NCBI GenBank assembly: GCA_964220215.1 | Contig: CAXPTH010000003.1 | Location: 1 to 64,000, forward strand | Length of the DNA stretch: 64,000 nt | Direction: 5' to 3' | Source: Alteromonas sp. | GTDB taxonomy: Bacteria; Margulisbacteria; Marinamargulisbacteria; UBA6595 | Shown here: piece after piece, positions 19,489-29,574 of the stretch | Numbering within the stretch: the stretch's first letter is position 1 | How the letters are laid out: the number at the start of each line of letters is the position of its first letter | Notes under the pieces: model-generated | Database searches by the model: none | Seen by the model: the letters and a program-made list of their open reading frames with translations, nothing else | What the model was told of the DNA's origin: nothing | Program-made: the position numbers and the translations under genes

Positions 19489-20798
19489 ATGAATTGAACG
19501 GATTGTTTTTGTGTGCGATACGCTAGTGTGCTTTTGGGCAATGTGAGGGCGCGAAGGGATTGCACCAGCGGGTGGGTATCGGTTGCCTTGGTGAGTGTAA
19601 ACGCATGGCCTTGCGTGATATGGCTAATGGCCGTTAGTTCTGCGTCATTGCGGTAGGTGGACACAATGGTGTTGCTGGCATTGCGCCGATACAGTTGGGT
19701 ATACGTTGGGTTGTCTACAATTTGATAAATGCCGTCGGGTGAGCCAAATCCAAGGGTATCAATGGCAATGTCGTACTGCTGAGCCAGTTGAGCCAGTGTT
19801 GTGGGGTTGATTGCCGTTGGGCTATCGGGCTGGGAGCCACTGCTGAGCAACACAATGCGCTTAGGGCCCGGAACGTCTTTCAATCGATGAATGGCCATGG
19901 CCAAGGCAAGCCCCACATTGGGGGGGGACCCCACGTCATTGTGGGTACGTTCCGCAATGGCTTTTTTGACGAGGCTATGATCTTGAGTCAAGGGAACAAC
20001 CGTGTAGGGGTGTGCCCCCAACGCAATGAGCCCAACGCGATCATAGTGGCTGGTGTCGAGCCAGTCTTCCAGCAATAGCTGTGCGGTTTTTAATCGGTGT
20101 TGGGGTTTGAAATCAATGGTTTGCATGGCTTGGGACGTGTCTAAAACAATCATAACGTGATAGGGCCTTTGGGTATGAATGGGTTGATCGGTGACATAAA
20201 CAGGGTGGGCAAGCCCCACAACAACAATCCCCACGCCGAGACGAAAAGCCAGGGGCATTAGCATGCGAAACAGGCCGGGCAATGCCACAATATAATGCAA
20301 GGGTTTGGGGAGGCTATGCGGCTGAATGCGCCGGGCCATAATGAGGGGAAGTATGGCCAGAAGCCACAGGGGTGCGGCGAGTTGCCAATAGGTATGCGGA
20401 TAGGGGGTTTGATGGGTGGTTAAAAACGTGCTGGATACTTTGGGCGTGGTTTTCTGGGTCATGGCACTAACATCGATCATTTGACTGGGAATTATGCCGC
20501 TATGGGTATTCACACTGGGAATGACACGAGCACCCAGTGAAAACGGAATTAGGGTTGCTTGGATTGTTGTTTGGTCAATATGAAGGGATTCAACATGAAT
20601 ACCGGTACTCAGTTGTTGGTGAATCGATGCCCAAGCATTGCTGGATACGGGCTCTGGCATATGCACGGTGTATTCGATGGGTGTTCCGATTGTGGTATGA
20701 ATGGGATAAAGGCTGACATTGGGGGTGCTGGCATGCAAAATAAGGCCGATCCCCAACAGCGTTACCCCCCGGATGATCGCCACCATTATACCCACCAT
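19413..20798 (-). CDS. BatA-like vWA membrane protein with an N-terminal extension
   Basis: LAAPLWLL, IVLDTSQAMQTIDFKP..RL, DRVGLI, VPLTQDH, GLALAMAI.RL. Confidence 0.75.
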   Translation of the reverse strand: MVGIMVAIIRGVTLLGIGLILHASTPNVSLYPIHTTIGTPIEYTVHMPEPVSSNAWASIHQQLSTGIHVESLHIDQTTIQATLIPFSLGARVIPSVNTHSGIIPSQMIDVSAMTQKTTPKVSSTFLTTHQTPYPHTYWQLAAPLWLLAILPLIMARRIQPHSLPKPLHYIVALPGLFRMLMPLAFRLGVGIVVVGLAHPVYVTDQPIHTQRPYHVMIVLDTSQAMQTIDFKPQHRLKTAQLLLEDWLDTSHYDRVGLIALGAHPYTVVPLTQDHSLVKKAIAERTHNDVGSPPNVGLALAMAIHRLKDVPGPKRIVLLSSGSQPDSPTAINPTTLAQLAQQYDIAIDTLGFGSPDGIYQIVDNPTYTQLYRRNASNTIVSTYRNDAELTAISHITQGHAFTLTKATDTHPLVQSLRALTLPKSTLAYRTQKQSVQFICLGIGAGIAILSVFIQWRRPWGHY

Positions 20799-21310
20799 TG
20801 GGGCACCAGGTTAAGCTGCTGACAAATATAATTTAATCGCGATCGATTCACCGATTGACTATGCTGATAGCGAGCCCGAAGATCGGCACTGTCTGCGTGA
20901 ATCATGCGAGTGGTGAACCACGGCGCGTTTGGCTTGGACACGGACTGCCATCCGGTTGTGGGGCATAGCGCATCAAATGTAAAATCAACAAACACCGGAG
21001 TAATTGAATGGCATTGACTGGCTACTTGTAAGGATGCTTGGTAATTTGGTTCATTAAAATCCGATACAAGCCATACGGTGTGTGGCACGCGAAGGGTGTC
21101 GATCCAATGGTCTAAACAGGCCGACAGGCTCGTATACGCTTGGGTATTGGCAATAGACGCTTGAATATCGCGATGGGTGAGTGCTGCGTAATAGTGCCCC
21201 GATACCCACAAGCGGACATCGGGCTGAGAATCATACAGCTGACAGGCAATTGCGGCAATAGCTTCATGCTGATATGCATCGGTTAATAACGGAACGATGC
21301 ATGCGGGCAT
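20786..21310 (-). CDS. Divergent DUF58-like (MoxR-associated vWA) protein
   Basis: WLVSDF motif and first position in the Bat cluster; short and divergent. Confidence 0.4.
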   Translation of the reverse strand: MPACIVPLLTDAYQHEAIAAIACQLYDSQPDVRLWVSGHYYAALTHRDIQASIANTQAYTSLSACLDHWIDTLRVPHTVWLVSDFNEPNYQASLQVASQCHSITPVFVDFTFDALCPTTGWQSVSKPNAPWFTTRMIHADSADLRARYQHSQSVNRSRLNYICQQLNLVPQWWV

Positions 21311-21319
21311 TCACGCGAC

Positions 21320-22264
21320 CTAGTTAAACAAACTGGATATAGACCGGCGTTGGTAGTTGCGTCGAATGGCTTCGGCCAATAGCGGGGCGGCTGATAGTAC
21401 GGTTAACCCATCAAAGTGTTTATCAGACTCAAGCGCCATAGTATTGGTTACAATGACTTCTTTTATCGGGGCTTCAGACAACCGTTCAATGGCGGGGCCT
21501 GAAAAAACGGGGTGGGTCGCCGCCAAATACACATCGCCACAGCCGGCTGCTTTTAATGCCTCGATACCTGAAATGACCGATCCAGCCGTGTCAATCATAT
21601 CATCAACCAATAAAATGGTTTTGTCTTTGACATCCCCAATCACGTTGGTAATTTTAGCCACTTGTTGTGCGGGCCGGGTTTTGTACATCATGGCTAAGGA
21701 TGCATGCAAGCGATCAGCCAATCGTTTGGAAAACTTTACCCGTCCAGCATCCGGTGCCACGACGACTAAATTGGCCAATGATTTTTGATTGATATAATCC
21801 GCAATAATCGGCAAGGCCGTTAAGTGATCCACGGGTTGAGAAAAAAAGCCTTGAATTTGATCCGAATGCAGATCCATCGTAATGAGCCGATCAAACCCAA
21901 TCGAGTCCAGCAAATCCGCAATCAATCGGGCTGTAATGGGCTCACGCGGAGCGGATTTTTTGTCTTGGCGACCGTACGCAAAATGAGGCACAATTAAGTT
22001 AACCGATTTGGCCGATGCCCGTTTCAACGCATCCATTAAAATAAACAGTTCCATATAGGCATCGTTGGGGTTATGGCCAATGGACTGCAACACAAAACAA
22101 TCAAAGCCTCGGATACTTTCTTGGATTCGGGCATAGCTTTCCCCACCACTGAATTTAAATAATTCAACCAACCCCTCTTGGATGCCCAACTGAGCGGCAA
22201 TTTCTTGCGCCAGTTTGTGGTTGCTTGAACCACAAAAAAACCGCATGTTATCCAAGGTATTCAT
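21320..22264 (-). CDS. prs: Ribose-phosphate pyrophosphokinase
   Basis: YGRQDKK, MDLHSDQIQGFF, VAPDAG, VDDMIDTAGS. Confidence 0.98.
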   Translation of the reverse strand: MNTLDNMRFFCGSSNHKLAQEIAAQLGIQEGLVELFKFSGGESYARIQESIRGFDCFVLQSIGHNPNDAYMELFILMDALKRASAKSVNLIVPHFAYGRQDKKSAPREPITARLIADLLDSIGFDRLITMDLHSDQIQGFFSQPVDHLTALPIIADYINQKSLANLVVVAPDAGRVKFSKRLADRLHASLAMMYKTRPAQQVAKITNVIGDVKDKTILLVDDMIDTAGSVISGIEALKAAGCGDVYLAATHPVFSGPAIERLSEAPIKEVIVTNTMALESDKHFDGLTVLSAAPLLAEAIRRNYQRRSISSLFN

Positions 22265-22267
22265 GGC

Positions 22268-23878
22268 TTAGGCCGTGGCTAGTACAGGGCCAGCCTGTGT
22301 GAGGGATTTGGCGATGCTAAACGATTCGTATTTTTTAAAGTTTTCAACAAATTGTTTGGCTAATTGCTCACGTTGTGCGTCAAAGGCTTGTGCATCTGCC
22401 CAGGTATTTGCCGGATTTAAAATGCTTGATTCTACGCCATTTAATTGAGTGGGAATTGAAAAATTAAATACACCGAAGATTTCAGTGGGTGCAGACTCAA
22501 TGCTGCCGTCTAAAATTGCATTAATAATGGTTCGTGTATTTTTGAGTGAGATTCGATGCCCAACCCCAAATGCACCACCGGTCCAACCGGTATTGACCAA
22601 ATAGGTTCGGCTGTTGTGGGCCTTGATTTTATCCCCCAATGTTTTAGCATAAGCGGTTGGATGTAGGGTTAAAAAGGGCTTTCCAAAACACGTTGAAAAC
22701 GTCGAGGTGGGTTCAGTCACGCCCAGTTCAGTACCGGGAATTTTAGCCGTATAGCCACTTAAATACTGATACATGGCCTGCTCCGTGGTGAGTTTGGATA
22801 CGGGGGGCAAAACGCCATACGCATCGCACGTCAAAAAGATAATAATTTGGGGGTGCTGGCCAACGGATCGGGGGGTTACAATGTTATCAATGTGTTCAAT
22901 GGGATACGATACCCGGGTGTTTTCTGTTTTGCTACCATCGGCAAAATCCACAACCCCATTACTATCTAAAACAACATTTTCAAGCAAGGCATTGCGGCGA
23001 ATGGCACGGTAAATATCGGGCTCTTTTTCCTCAGATAAATCAATTGTTTTAGCGTAACAACCGCCTTCAAAATTAAAAATACCATCGTCGTCCCATCCAT
23101 GCTCGTCATCCCCAATTAATTTTCGATCCGGGGAGGCAGACAGCGTTGTTTTCCCGGTTCCGGATAACCCAAAGAACAAAGCGGTATCGCCAGCACTGCC
23201 TTGGTTAGCCGAACAATGCAAGGCGGCAATGTCTTGCAGGGGCAAGAAGTAGTTCATAATACTAAACATGCCTTTTTTAATTTCTCCACCGTACCAGGTA
23301 TTGCCAATAATTGTTTGGCGTTCTTGGATATTAAACGCAATATAGGTTTCAGACCGAATGCCCAACTCGTCATAATTGTCGCACTTGGTTTTGCAGGCAT
23401 TTAAAATGGTCCAGTCGGGAGAGAAATTGGCTTTTTCAGCGTCCGTAGGCTCAATAAACATGTTTTTGAAAAAATGGGCCATCCACGCAACTTCAGTCAC
23501 CAATCGAACGGCCAATCGGGTATTGGGGTTTGCACCACAAAATCCGTCCATAATGTATAGGGTTTTTCCGTTGAGTTGATCCGTTGATAGGGTTTTTAAG
23601 GCGTCCCAACTTTCAGGCAATAGGGGTTGGTTATCGGAGCCTTCGGCTTTCCACCAAATCGTATCTTTGGTGGTGTCATCGTATACAATGTATTTGTCTT
23701 TGGCGGATCGGCCTGTAAATTCGCCGGTGTCGACAGCAACGGCTCCGGTTTGGGTTACGGTGCCTTTTTCAAAGCCTGAAGCGGCCGTTTCATGCTCAAA
23801 CAATGCATCATAGCTTAAATTAACATGCAGGTCAGACGCCTGAATGTTTAGTGTCTTCAATTCGGATTCAATACTCAT
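22268..23878 (-). CDS. pckA: Phosphoenolpyruvate carboxykinase (ATP)
   Basis: [47 protein letters not shown]. Confidence 0.98.
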   Translation of the reverse strand: MSIESELKTLNIQASDLHVNLSYDALFEHETAASGFEKGTVTQTGAVAVDTGEFTGRSAKDKYIVYDDTTKDTIWWKAEGSDNQPLLPESWDALKTLSTDQLNGKTLYIMDGFCGANPNTRLAVRLVTEVAWMAHFFKNMFIEPTDAEKANFSPDWTILNACKTKCDNYDELGIRSETYIAFNIQERQTIIGNTWYGGEIKKGMFSIMNYFLPLQDIAALHCSANQGSAGDTALFFGLSGTGKTTLSASPDRKLIGDDEHGWDDDGIFNFEGGCYAKTIDLSEEKEPDIYRAIRRNALLENVVLDSNGVVDFADGSKTENTRVSYPIEHIDNIVTPRSVGQHPQIIIFLTCDAYGVLPPVSKLTTEQAMYQYLSGYTAKIPGTELGVTEPTSTFSTCFGKPFLTLHPTAYAKTLGDKIKAHNSRTYLVNTGWTGGAFGVGHRISLKNTRTIINAILDGSIESAPTEIFGVFNFSIPTQLNGVESSILNPANTWADAQAFDAQREQLAKQFVENFKKYESFSIAKSLTQAGPVLATA

Positions 23879-23969
23879 ACTTTATACTCCTTCAATAAAT
23901 AAAAATCTATTGTTCTCTAGTATAACGATGGGAGGTCCGATGCGTCAAAATTAATACAAAAAAATCGTT

Positions 23970-25037
23970 TTAAATGCTAGCGTGTAGCCGATCCAGATCC
24001 GCTTGGTCTTTGACGGGTTGAAATCGACTGCGCGGAACCTGAACAATGGTGACGTTGGTCATGGCTTGGATGGCAGACCCCATGGCGGACTCCAGTTGAA
24101 TAATCGGGGTGCCGGCTCGATTTTTTGGGTTGGCAATGCATTGCGTTAGCCCTATGGGCTTGAGCGTTTTAAGATAGGGAATGGATAGCCACAATGAGTT
24201 GGTGTTAAACAATGGCAACGCATTAAACAGGGCTTGGGTATGGGTATCCGATGCCTGAATATTGCCGCGCTCCAGCAGGGTGATAGTCCCTGCGTGGCGA
24301 ACGAAGCCTCCGCCTTTTTTATCCGCTTCGGTTTTAGGCGTTGCTTCGACCAAAGCATGCAGCCCATGCTCACGCATGTAACACACAAAGCGTGGGTCCC
24401 AGGTGGCGGCTAAATTATCGGAATTGGAAATAAACACGTACTCGTACCCATTGGCGAGCCATTGATCTAAAATGCCAGTATCGTGAAACACTGAAAAAAT
24501 ATCCCCATGACCGGGAGGTGCCCAAGAATCCGCTTCGCTAGCGGCTGAATGATAGGGGGTTACTGGCTGTGTGTCTGTGTTTAAGCATGGCCATCGATTT
24601 TGAATTAAGGCAGGAATGCCGTGCGCGTCTAGGTGCTTGACGCAACCTGGGTGGGTGTAAAAACTGTTGAGTAGCCATAGGTGTGTGTGCGGGCAGTTGG
24701 CATTTTGTTCAATAATAATGTCTAGAAAGGATCGGTGGCGCTTTGGGTCTGCAATGACCAGGCATTTGGGGCCTTGGCAGCCGAGTGTTGTGGCAAGGCC
24801 GCCGTTGAGTTTTAAGACAATCGTTTTGGGTGGGTTTTGCGTGTCGGTTAGCTGGGATAGGGCGATGGTGTCTGTGGGGTGCAGGGACTCAACATCACCA
24901 ATACAATGGGGTTGCATGCAGTGTCCATCGGGATTGAGTTGGTTTAGGAATGATTGAAAGATAGCATGGCTGGTGGGGCGGTCGGGGCTATCGTTTTGCA
25001 GTTGATTTAAAAAGGGCTGATGCCAATCCTGGGTCAT
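23970..25037 (-). CDS. UTP--glucose-1-phosphate uridylyltransferase, eukaryote-type UDPGP family
   Basis: VLKLNGGLATTLGCQGPK, WAPPGHGD, FISNSDNL, DKKGG, FNTNSLW, QLESAMG, RFQPVK. Confidence 0.88.
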   Translation of the reverse strand: MTQDWHQPFLNQLQNDSPDRPTSHAIFQSFLNQLNPDGHCMQPHCIGDVESLHPTDTIALSQLTDTQNPPKTIVLKLNGGLATTLGCQGPKCLVIADPKRHRSFLDIIIEQNANCPHTHLWLLNSFYTHPGCVKHLDAHGIPALIQNRWPCLNTDTQPVTPYHSAASEADSWAPPGHGDIFSVFHDTGILDQWLANGYEYVFISNSDNLAATWDPRFVCYMREHGLHALVEATPKTEADKKGGGFVRHAGTITLLERGNIQASDTHTQALFNALPLFNTNSLWLSIPYLKTLKPIGLTQCIANPKNRAGTPIIQLESAMGSAIQAMTNVTIVQVPRSRFQPVKDQADLDRLHASI

Positions 25038-25369
25038 TTAACGATCCAGTATCCCAAGGCTGTTGCCAGTATGCCGCCAAAGACATTGCCCATCATGTAA
25101 AGCAAGGCGGTGCCGTAGGCGCCAGCATGAATAAGAACGAGGCTGTCTTTTGAAAAGGTTGAAAATGTGCTAAACGCACCGAGAAATCCAACGGATAGCC
25201 AAGCGATAGTGGGTGTGTTGATGGACTCAGATAGTCCGTATAGGCACCCGATTAAACTGCAGGCGACAAGATTAATCCCCCACGTGGTCCAATGGCTGTA
25301 TACCCAACAATACAGCCCATACCGTGCCAATGTGCCCAGAACGCCACCCACTGCTATCCCAATAATCAT
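25034..25369 (-). CDS. crcB: Fluoride efflux channel Fluc/CrcB
   Basis: GGVLGTLARY, INL, GFLGAFSTFSTF. Confidence 0.92.
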   Translation of the reverse strand: MIIGIAVGGVLGTLARYGLYCWVYSHWTTWGINLVACSLIGCLYGLSESINTPTIAWLSVGFLGAFSTFSTFSKDSLVLIHAGAYGTALLYMMGNVFGGILATALGYWIVK

Positions 25370-25464
25370 TGATGTTGACTATAGCACTTTTAAGGGGTTT
25401 CGGCTACTTGGTAGCGATTGGTAGTGCTTTGCGATTGAATTATTTAGGGTTATATTTAGGTAAA

Positions 25465-28400
25465 TTATTTCTTATCAAGATGATCTAGACTTATTACCTT
25501 CGTACAATCTTTTTCTGCTTTTAAAGGAGGGAAAGAACTGTCTACTGCTGCTGCTCGTGCTTCTGGAGACTCCTCTAATGCTTGTATCACTTTTTCAAAA
25601 TATATCATATTGATATGGAAATCGTTGCCTTTTATATTGAACGTCGAGTTATATAAATACTTTTTATACATATTAAAACGAAAATATGGATAAATATTTA
25701 ATTCTTTCTTAATTTTTTCTAGTTCGCTTTTAAAACTCTCTGGTAAATTTTGAATAGCTATTGCTTCATCCAGGTTTTCTAATACTTGTTTTTTTGTTGT
25801 TATATGATTGAAGTTATCTATATTAAGGAAAAAACTATCATTAGTTTTTATATTTTTATTTAGTATCTCGCTTGCAGATATCACTGCTTCTGCTCGTGCT
25901 TCTGCTCGTGCTTCTGCTTTTGCTTCTGCTCGTGCTTCTGCTGCTGCTTCTACTCGTTTTGCTGCTCGTGCTTCTTCTGCTTCTGCTGCTGCTAGTGCTG
26001 CTACTGGTGCTGCATCTGATTCTACTGATGCTGCATCTGATTCTACTGCTGCTGCTGCTCGTGCTTCTGCTATTTTAATTGAACTCATTTCAACGCCTAC
26101 ACTGAAAAAATTAGAAATTAGATATGACAATGAGTTATTAGAAACGCTCTTGTTAATAAAATAATCAAGTACTAACAACGGAATAACTGGAACAAATGTA
26201 GCCAGTGATTTTTTATATTTATGATCGGGGTATTTTGAACTAATTATAGAAATTAAAATCTGTGCTAGAGCAGCTAAACCAGGGGCTATAAAACTAGGGG
26301 CTATATTAAGGTTATCAGAAATAGAAGCAGGTATTAGACTCACCTCATCAAGACAATTCAAAATAAGTCTGACTAGAGGAGGTGCTTCATAGTCAAACTG
26401 CCTCAAGATATCGATTCCTAAACGACCAAATACGCTAATAAGTATTAGTGCAAAAGCTATGTATCCTAAAAGATCTTTTTGATATTTTATATCTTGAATA
26501 TTGGTTTTTAGTCTACTGAGCAAAGCTGTTTTTTCTTGAGGACTAAGATTATCCAATTTATCTCTTAATTCTTTATCACTAATTAAATCAAGAAGAGCCG
26601 TAAAGGCCTTCTCATTTTCATAACTTAATCGACGACCAGAGGGGGTATGCGAATCGAGTGCACGCAAAAGCTTGTCTATGCTGTCCGTTTTTGGAAGCCG
26701 ATAAAGCTCCATAACATTTTTGTTTTTAATTATATCTATTAATTCTTCATCTGTGAAAGACAAGGTTATTGATGTGCCTGTTGTTGTGTCAATCACGGTG
26801 ACGACGGTGCTAGTGGTTCTGGTTGCTGTGTTGGTTGTGGAAACAATGGTGGCGGTGGTGGTGCCTGTTGTTGATAGGGTTGTGGTTGTGGTGGTGGTGG
26901 ATGTCTTACTTGTGGTGCTTGAGGTTGACGTGGGCGATGTGGTGGTGGATGTTGCTGTCGTTGTTGAGGTTGCTGATATGCCTGTTGTTGTGTCAGTCAC
27001 GGTGGTAGTGGCGGTGGTGTTTCCGGTTGCTGTGTTGGTTGTGGTCACGGTGGTGGTGGTGGTGGTGGGTGTTGTTGATAGGGTTGTGGTTGTGGTGGTG
27101 GTGGGTGTAGTCGTGGTGGTGCTTGAGCTTGATGTGGTTGATGTGGTGGGCGTTGTTGTCGTTGTTGAGGTTGTTGATGTGCTTGTTGTTGTGTCAGTCA
27201 CGGTGGTAGTGGCGGTGGTGGTTCCGGTTGCTGTGTTGGTTGTGGTCACGGTGGTGGTGGTGGTGGTGGGTGTTGTTGATAGGGTTGTGGTTGTGGTGGT
27301 GGTGGGTGTAGTCGTGGTGGTTGACGTGGGCGATGTGGTGGATGTTGTTGTCGTTGTTGAGGTTGTTGATGTGCCTGTTGTTGTGTCAGTCACGGTGGTA
27401 GTGGCGGTGGCGGTTGTGGTGCCTGTTGTTGATGTACTTGTTTCTGTTACTGTTTTTGTTGTCGATGTTGGTGTGATCGTTGTTGTGGTGGTTGATGTTG
27501 ATGTTGATGTTTTTGATGTTGTTGTGATTGTTAATGATGTGGTGGTACCTGTGCTTGGTGAAGTTGTTAGCGTGACCGATGTTGTGAATGCACACTGAAT
27601 AGCGGCATCGAAATTTTCATTCGTATCCAAGCAATTTGCAATATGTTTTTCGCTCAAGTCAAGCTGGCCACCTTGGCCATCATCTAAAATAGCATTTACA
27701 GCCTGTTCAATGTTATTTGAAATTTCTCCAAGTTTAGCTAAAATAATTTGTTTTATATTATTGTATTGTGCATTGTTTAAATCGTTTGCGTTATAAATTC
27801 CCCATGCTAACCATTGTGCAGCAGCGTCTGCAGTACCAGATACTTTTGCCTGATCAACAGCATATTGCCAATTTGATGAACTTTTTTGCCCGGATCCTCT
27901 GAGATTACCTATTTTACTCGTAGTTTTAGGTCTGGTGCTTGATCCATCTGCACGTGAACCTGTTGCTGGCACTATTCCCATAAAACCTGATGGCTGTGCG
28001 TCTGCAGTAGTTGCTGCCATAAGTAGAGTAGCGATTCGTAAAATACTAATAGCAGCTGAACTACCAGCTCTCCTGTTTCTACTTCTCTTAGCATCTTTCT
28101 GCTCTTCCCAGGCAAATTTAACGCTATGTATAGTATCTTCAAACACTGGTTCTTGATACAGATTGTCTATCATGTTGGCTGTGTTGATGTTTTCTAATAA
28201 CTCCGTTATCGATTCTTTATTACAGGTATAGTGAGTCACCGTGTCGTTATCAAATTCAAATAACACTGGAGGGTTATTGTTGAATTCTTTTAGTTCAGCG
28301 ATGCTTTTTTCAATATCTGTCTGTAATTCTTTACTTTTTTTTGCAGTGCTCTTTAAATGCTCCAAACACGTGATTGTCTTTCTGTAATTATCTAAGTTTG

Positions 28401-29544
28401 TTAGAAATCGTTTTGCTTGACTAATTGATTTCTGTACTTCTAATGAACTTTCAATACAATTAATCGGATTGGCAAATAATTGGTTTGGATTGTTTTTATG
28501 GTTATTTAAGTTTTCGTTGAATATCGTTGTGTCAATAGTTTTAGCTTCTTTTTTTAATTCGGCGATTGTTTCAAATTGACCGATTGAATCATTTAGCCAA
28601 CTTACTGCTCGTTCCAACTCAGGAGTAACAGACGCTGAATTGAGCAAGTGTTCTAATAAAGTATTGTTTGTTATGTTTGCTAACTGGTTTTTTAGGTCCT
28701 CATTAATAACGCCATCTTTTTTTAATGCCTTAAGTCGTTGAGGAAAATTACTTAGTGTGGTGTAGTGTTGAGTCAATAACTTAGCATTCAAAGCAATGGT
28801 GTCTACAGTGGCCTTAGTTAGTGGTTTTTCAGAAGAAAGAGCCTCATGAATAGTGGTTAAAATTTTGTTTTGAATCGCTGAGTGTTTTGTCTGAAGGGTT
28901 TCATCCAATACTTGGGTGAGTTCTGTAAGCCTATTGAGTAAGTTGTTGGGATCACTTGATTTCAGATTTTCTATTTTTTTACAAATAACCTTAATTGTTT
29001 CAGAATCGCTATCCTTATGCTTGTCTAGAACAAATTGTATATAGTGTTTGGATACTTCTTGCTTGATTTTGGTTGCTTGTTGGCTAATCTGACAAATGTT
29101 TTCTTTTTTAGTTAGAACGGCATCCAATTCATTAAGCGTATTACTTAGTTCTGTGCTTTTTTTATTTATTTCTTTGTTTAAATAGCACGCTGTGCTTAAG
29201 TTAAGCAGCAATTGTGATTTTGTTAAAATTTTCCCTGGTAGCTGGTTGTCATTTTGATTGTTTCTGGATTGGTTTATTTGCTCATTTATAATATTTTTTA
29301 GTTTAATTAATTGTTGTGGACAGTCTTTCCCGAGTTTAACCATGATTTCGTAAGATTTTATATTAAACTGATAAGCCTCTTGAATTTTTTGATTGGTAGG
29401 AGTGACTGGATTAGGCCCCCATGCTGGTATAGGGGAGGTCTGACTTTTTGTAAATGGTTTTGTTTTCACGCCATTTTTCGTTTGGCTTGATGCTAATCTA
29501 GCTGATGCTGGTCTAGCTGATAATTTTTGTATTTTTGTTGTCAT
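25465..29544 (-). CDS. Giant hypothetical membrane protein with a Thr-rich mucin-like region and Ala/Glu/Arg repeats
   Basis: Uninterrupted 1359-aa ORF, SD AAAGGGGAG upstream, AT-rich codon usage, hydrophobic segments after the Thr tract. Confidence 0.8.
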   Translation of the reverse strand: MTTKIQKLSARPASARLASSQTKNGVKTKPFTKSQTSPIPAWGPNPVTPTNQKIQEAYQFNIKSYEIMVKLGKDCPQQLIKLKNIINEQINQSRNNQNDNQLPGKILTKSQLLLNLSTACYLNKEINKKSTELSNTLNELDAVLTKKENICQISQQATKIKQEVSKHYIQFVLDKHKDSDSETIKVICKKIENLKSSDPNNLLNRLTELTQVLDETLQTKHSAIQNKILTTIHEALSSEKPLTKATVDTIALNAKLLTQHYTTLSNFPQRLKALKKDGVINEDLKNQLANITNNTLLEHLLNSASVTPELERAVSWLNDSIGQFETIAELKKEAKTIDTTIFNENLNNHKNNPNQLFANPINCIESSLEVQKSISQAKRFLTNLDNYRKTITCLEHLKSTAKKSKELQTDIEKSIAELKEFNNNPPVLFEFDNDTVTHYTCNKESITELLENINTANMIDNLYQEPVFEDTIHSVKFAWEEQKDAKRSRNRRAGSSAAISILRIATLLMAATTADAQPSGFMGIVPATGSRADGSSTRPKTTSKIGNLRGSGQKSSSNWQYAVDQAKVSGTADAAAQWLAWGIYNANDLNNAQYNNIKQIILAKLGEISNNIEQAVNAILDDGQGGQLDLSEKHIANCLDTNENFDAAIQCAFTTSVTLTTSPSTGTTTSLTITTTSKTSTSTSTTTTTITPTSTTKTVTETSTSTTGTTTATATTTVTDTTTGTSTTSTTTTTSTTSPTSTTTTTPTTTTTTTLSTTPTTTTTTVTTTNTATGTTTATTTVTDTTTSTSTTSTTTTTPTTSTTSSSSTTTTTPTTTTTTTLSTTPTTTTTTVTTTNTATGNTTATTTVTDTTTGISATSTTTATSTTTSPTSTSSTTSKTSTTTTTTTLSTTGTTTATIVSTTNTATRTTSTVVTVIDTTTGTSITLSFTDEELIDIIKNKNVMELYRLPKTDSIDKLLRALDSHTPSGRRLSYENEKAFTALLDLISDKELRDKLDNLSPQEKTALLSRLKTNIQDIKYQKDLLGYIAFALILISVFGRLGIDILRQFDYEAPPLVRLILNCLDEVSLIPASISDNLNIAPSFIAPGLAALAQILISIISSKYPDHKYKKSLATFVPVIPLLVLDYFINKSVSNNSLSYLISNFFSVGVEMSSIKIAEARAAAAVESDAASVESDAAPVAALAAAEAEEARAAKRVEAAAEARAEAKAEARAEARAEAVISASEILNKNIKTNDSFFLNIDNFNHITTKKQVLENLDEAIAIQNLPESFKSELEKIKKELNIYPYFRFNMYKKYLYNSTFNIKGNDFHINMIYFEKVIQALEESPEARAAAVDSSFPPLKAEKDCTKVISLDHLDKK
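25885..26070. repeat. Short tandem repeats (tgcttctgctcg 12-mers, tgctgcatctgattctac 18-mers) encoding AEAR / ESDAA
   Basis: Directly visible in the sequence. Confidence 0.85.
26765..27590. repeat. Thr-encoding low-complexity tract with about four degenerate 192-204 bp units
   Basis: Anchor tgtca(g/a)tcac at 26787, 26991, 27192 and 27384 (spacings 204, 201, 192). Confidence 0.9.
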
Positions 29545-29574
29545 ATATCTCCCCTTTCTTGATTCTTAATTTCT

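Noticed and set aside
25370..25465. Fluoride riboswitch upstream of crcB
   Set aside because: No GGCGAUGG...CGCC core; the -10 box sits 8 nt from the ATG, leaving no room for a leader.
25808..26164. ASARAS and poly-Leu ORFs on the plus strand
   Set aside because: Shadows of the Ala/Glu/Arg repeat on the minus strand.
26765..27590. Regularly spaced repeats as a possible CRISPR array
   Set aside because: Units are ~200 bp, in-frame and degenerate, with no unique spacers and no cas genes.
26720..27598. 292-aa Val-rich ORF on the plus strand
   Set aside because: Antisense shadow of the Thr (ACN) codons of the giant gene; no independent evidence.
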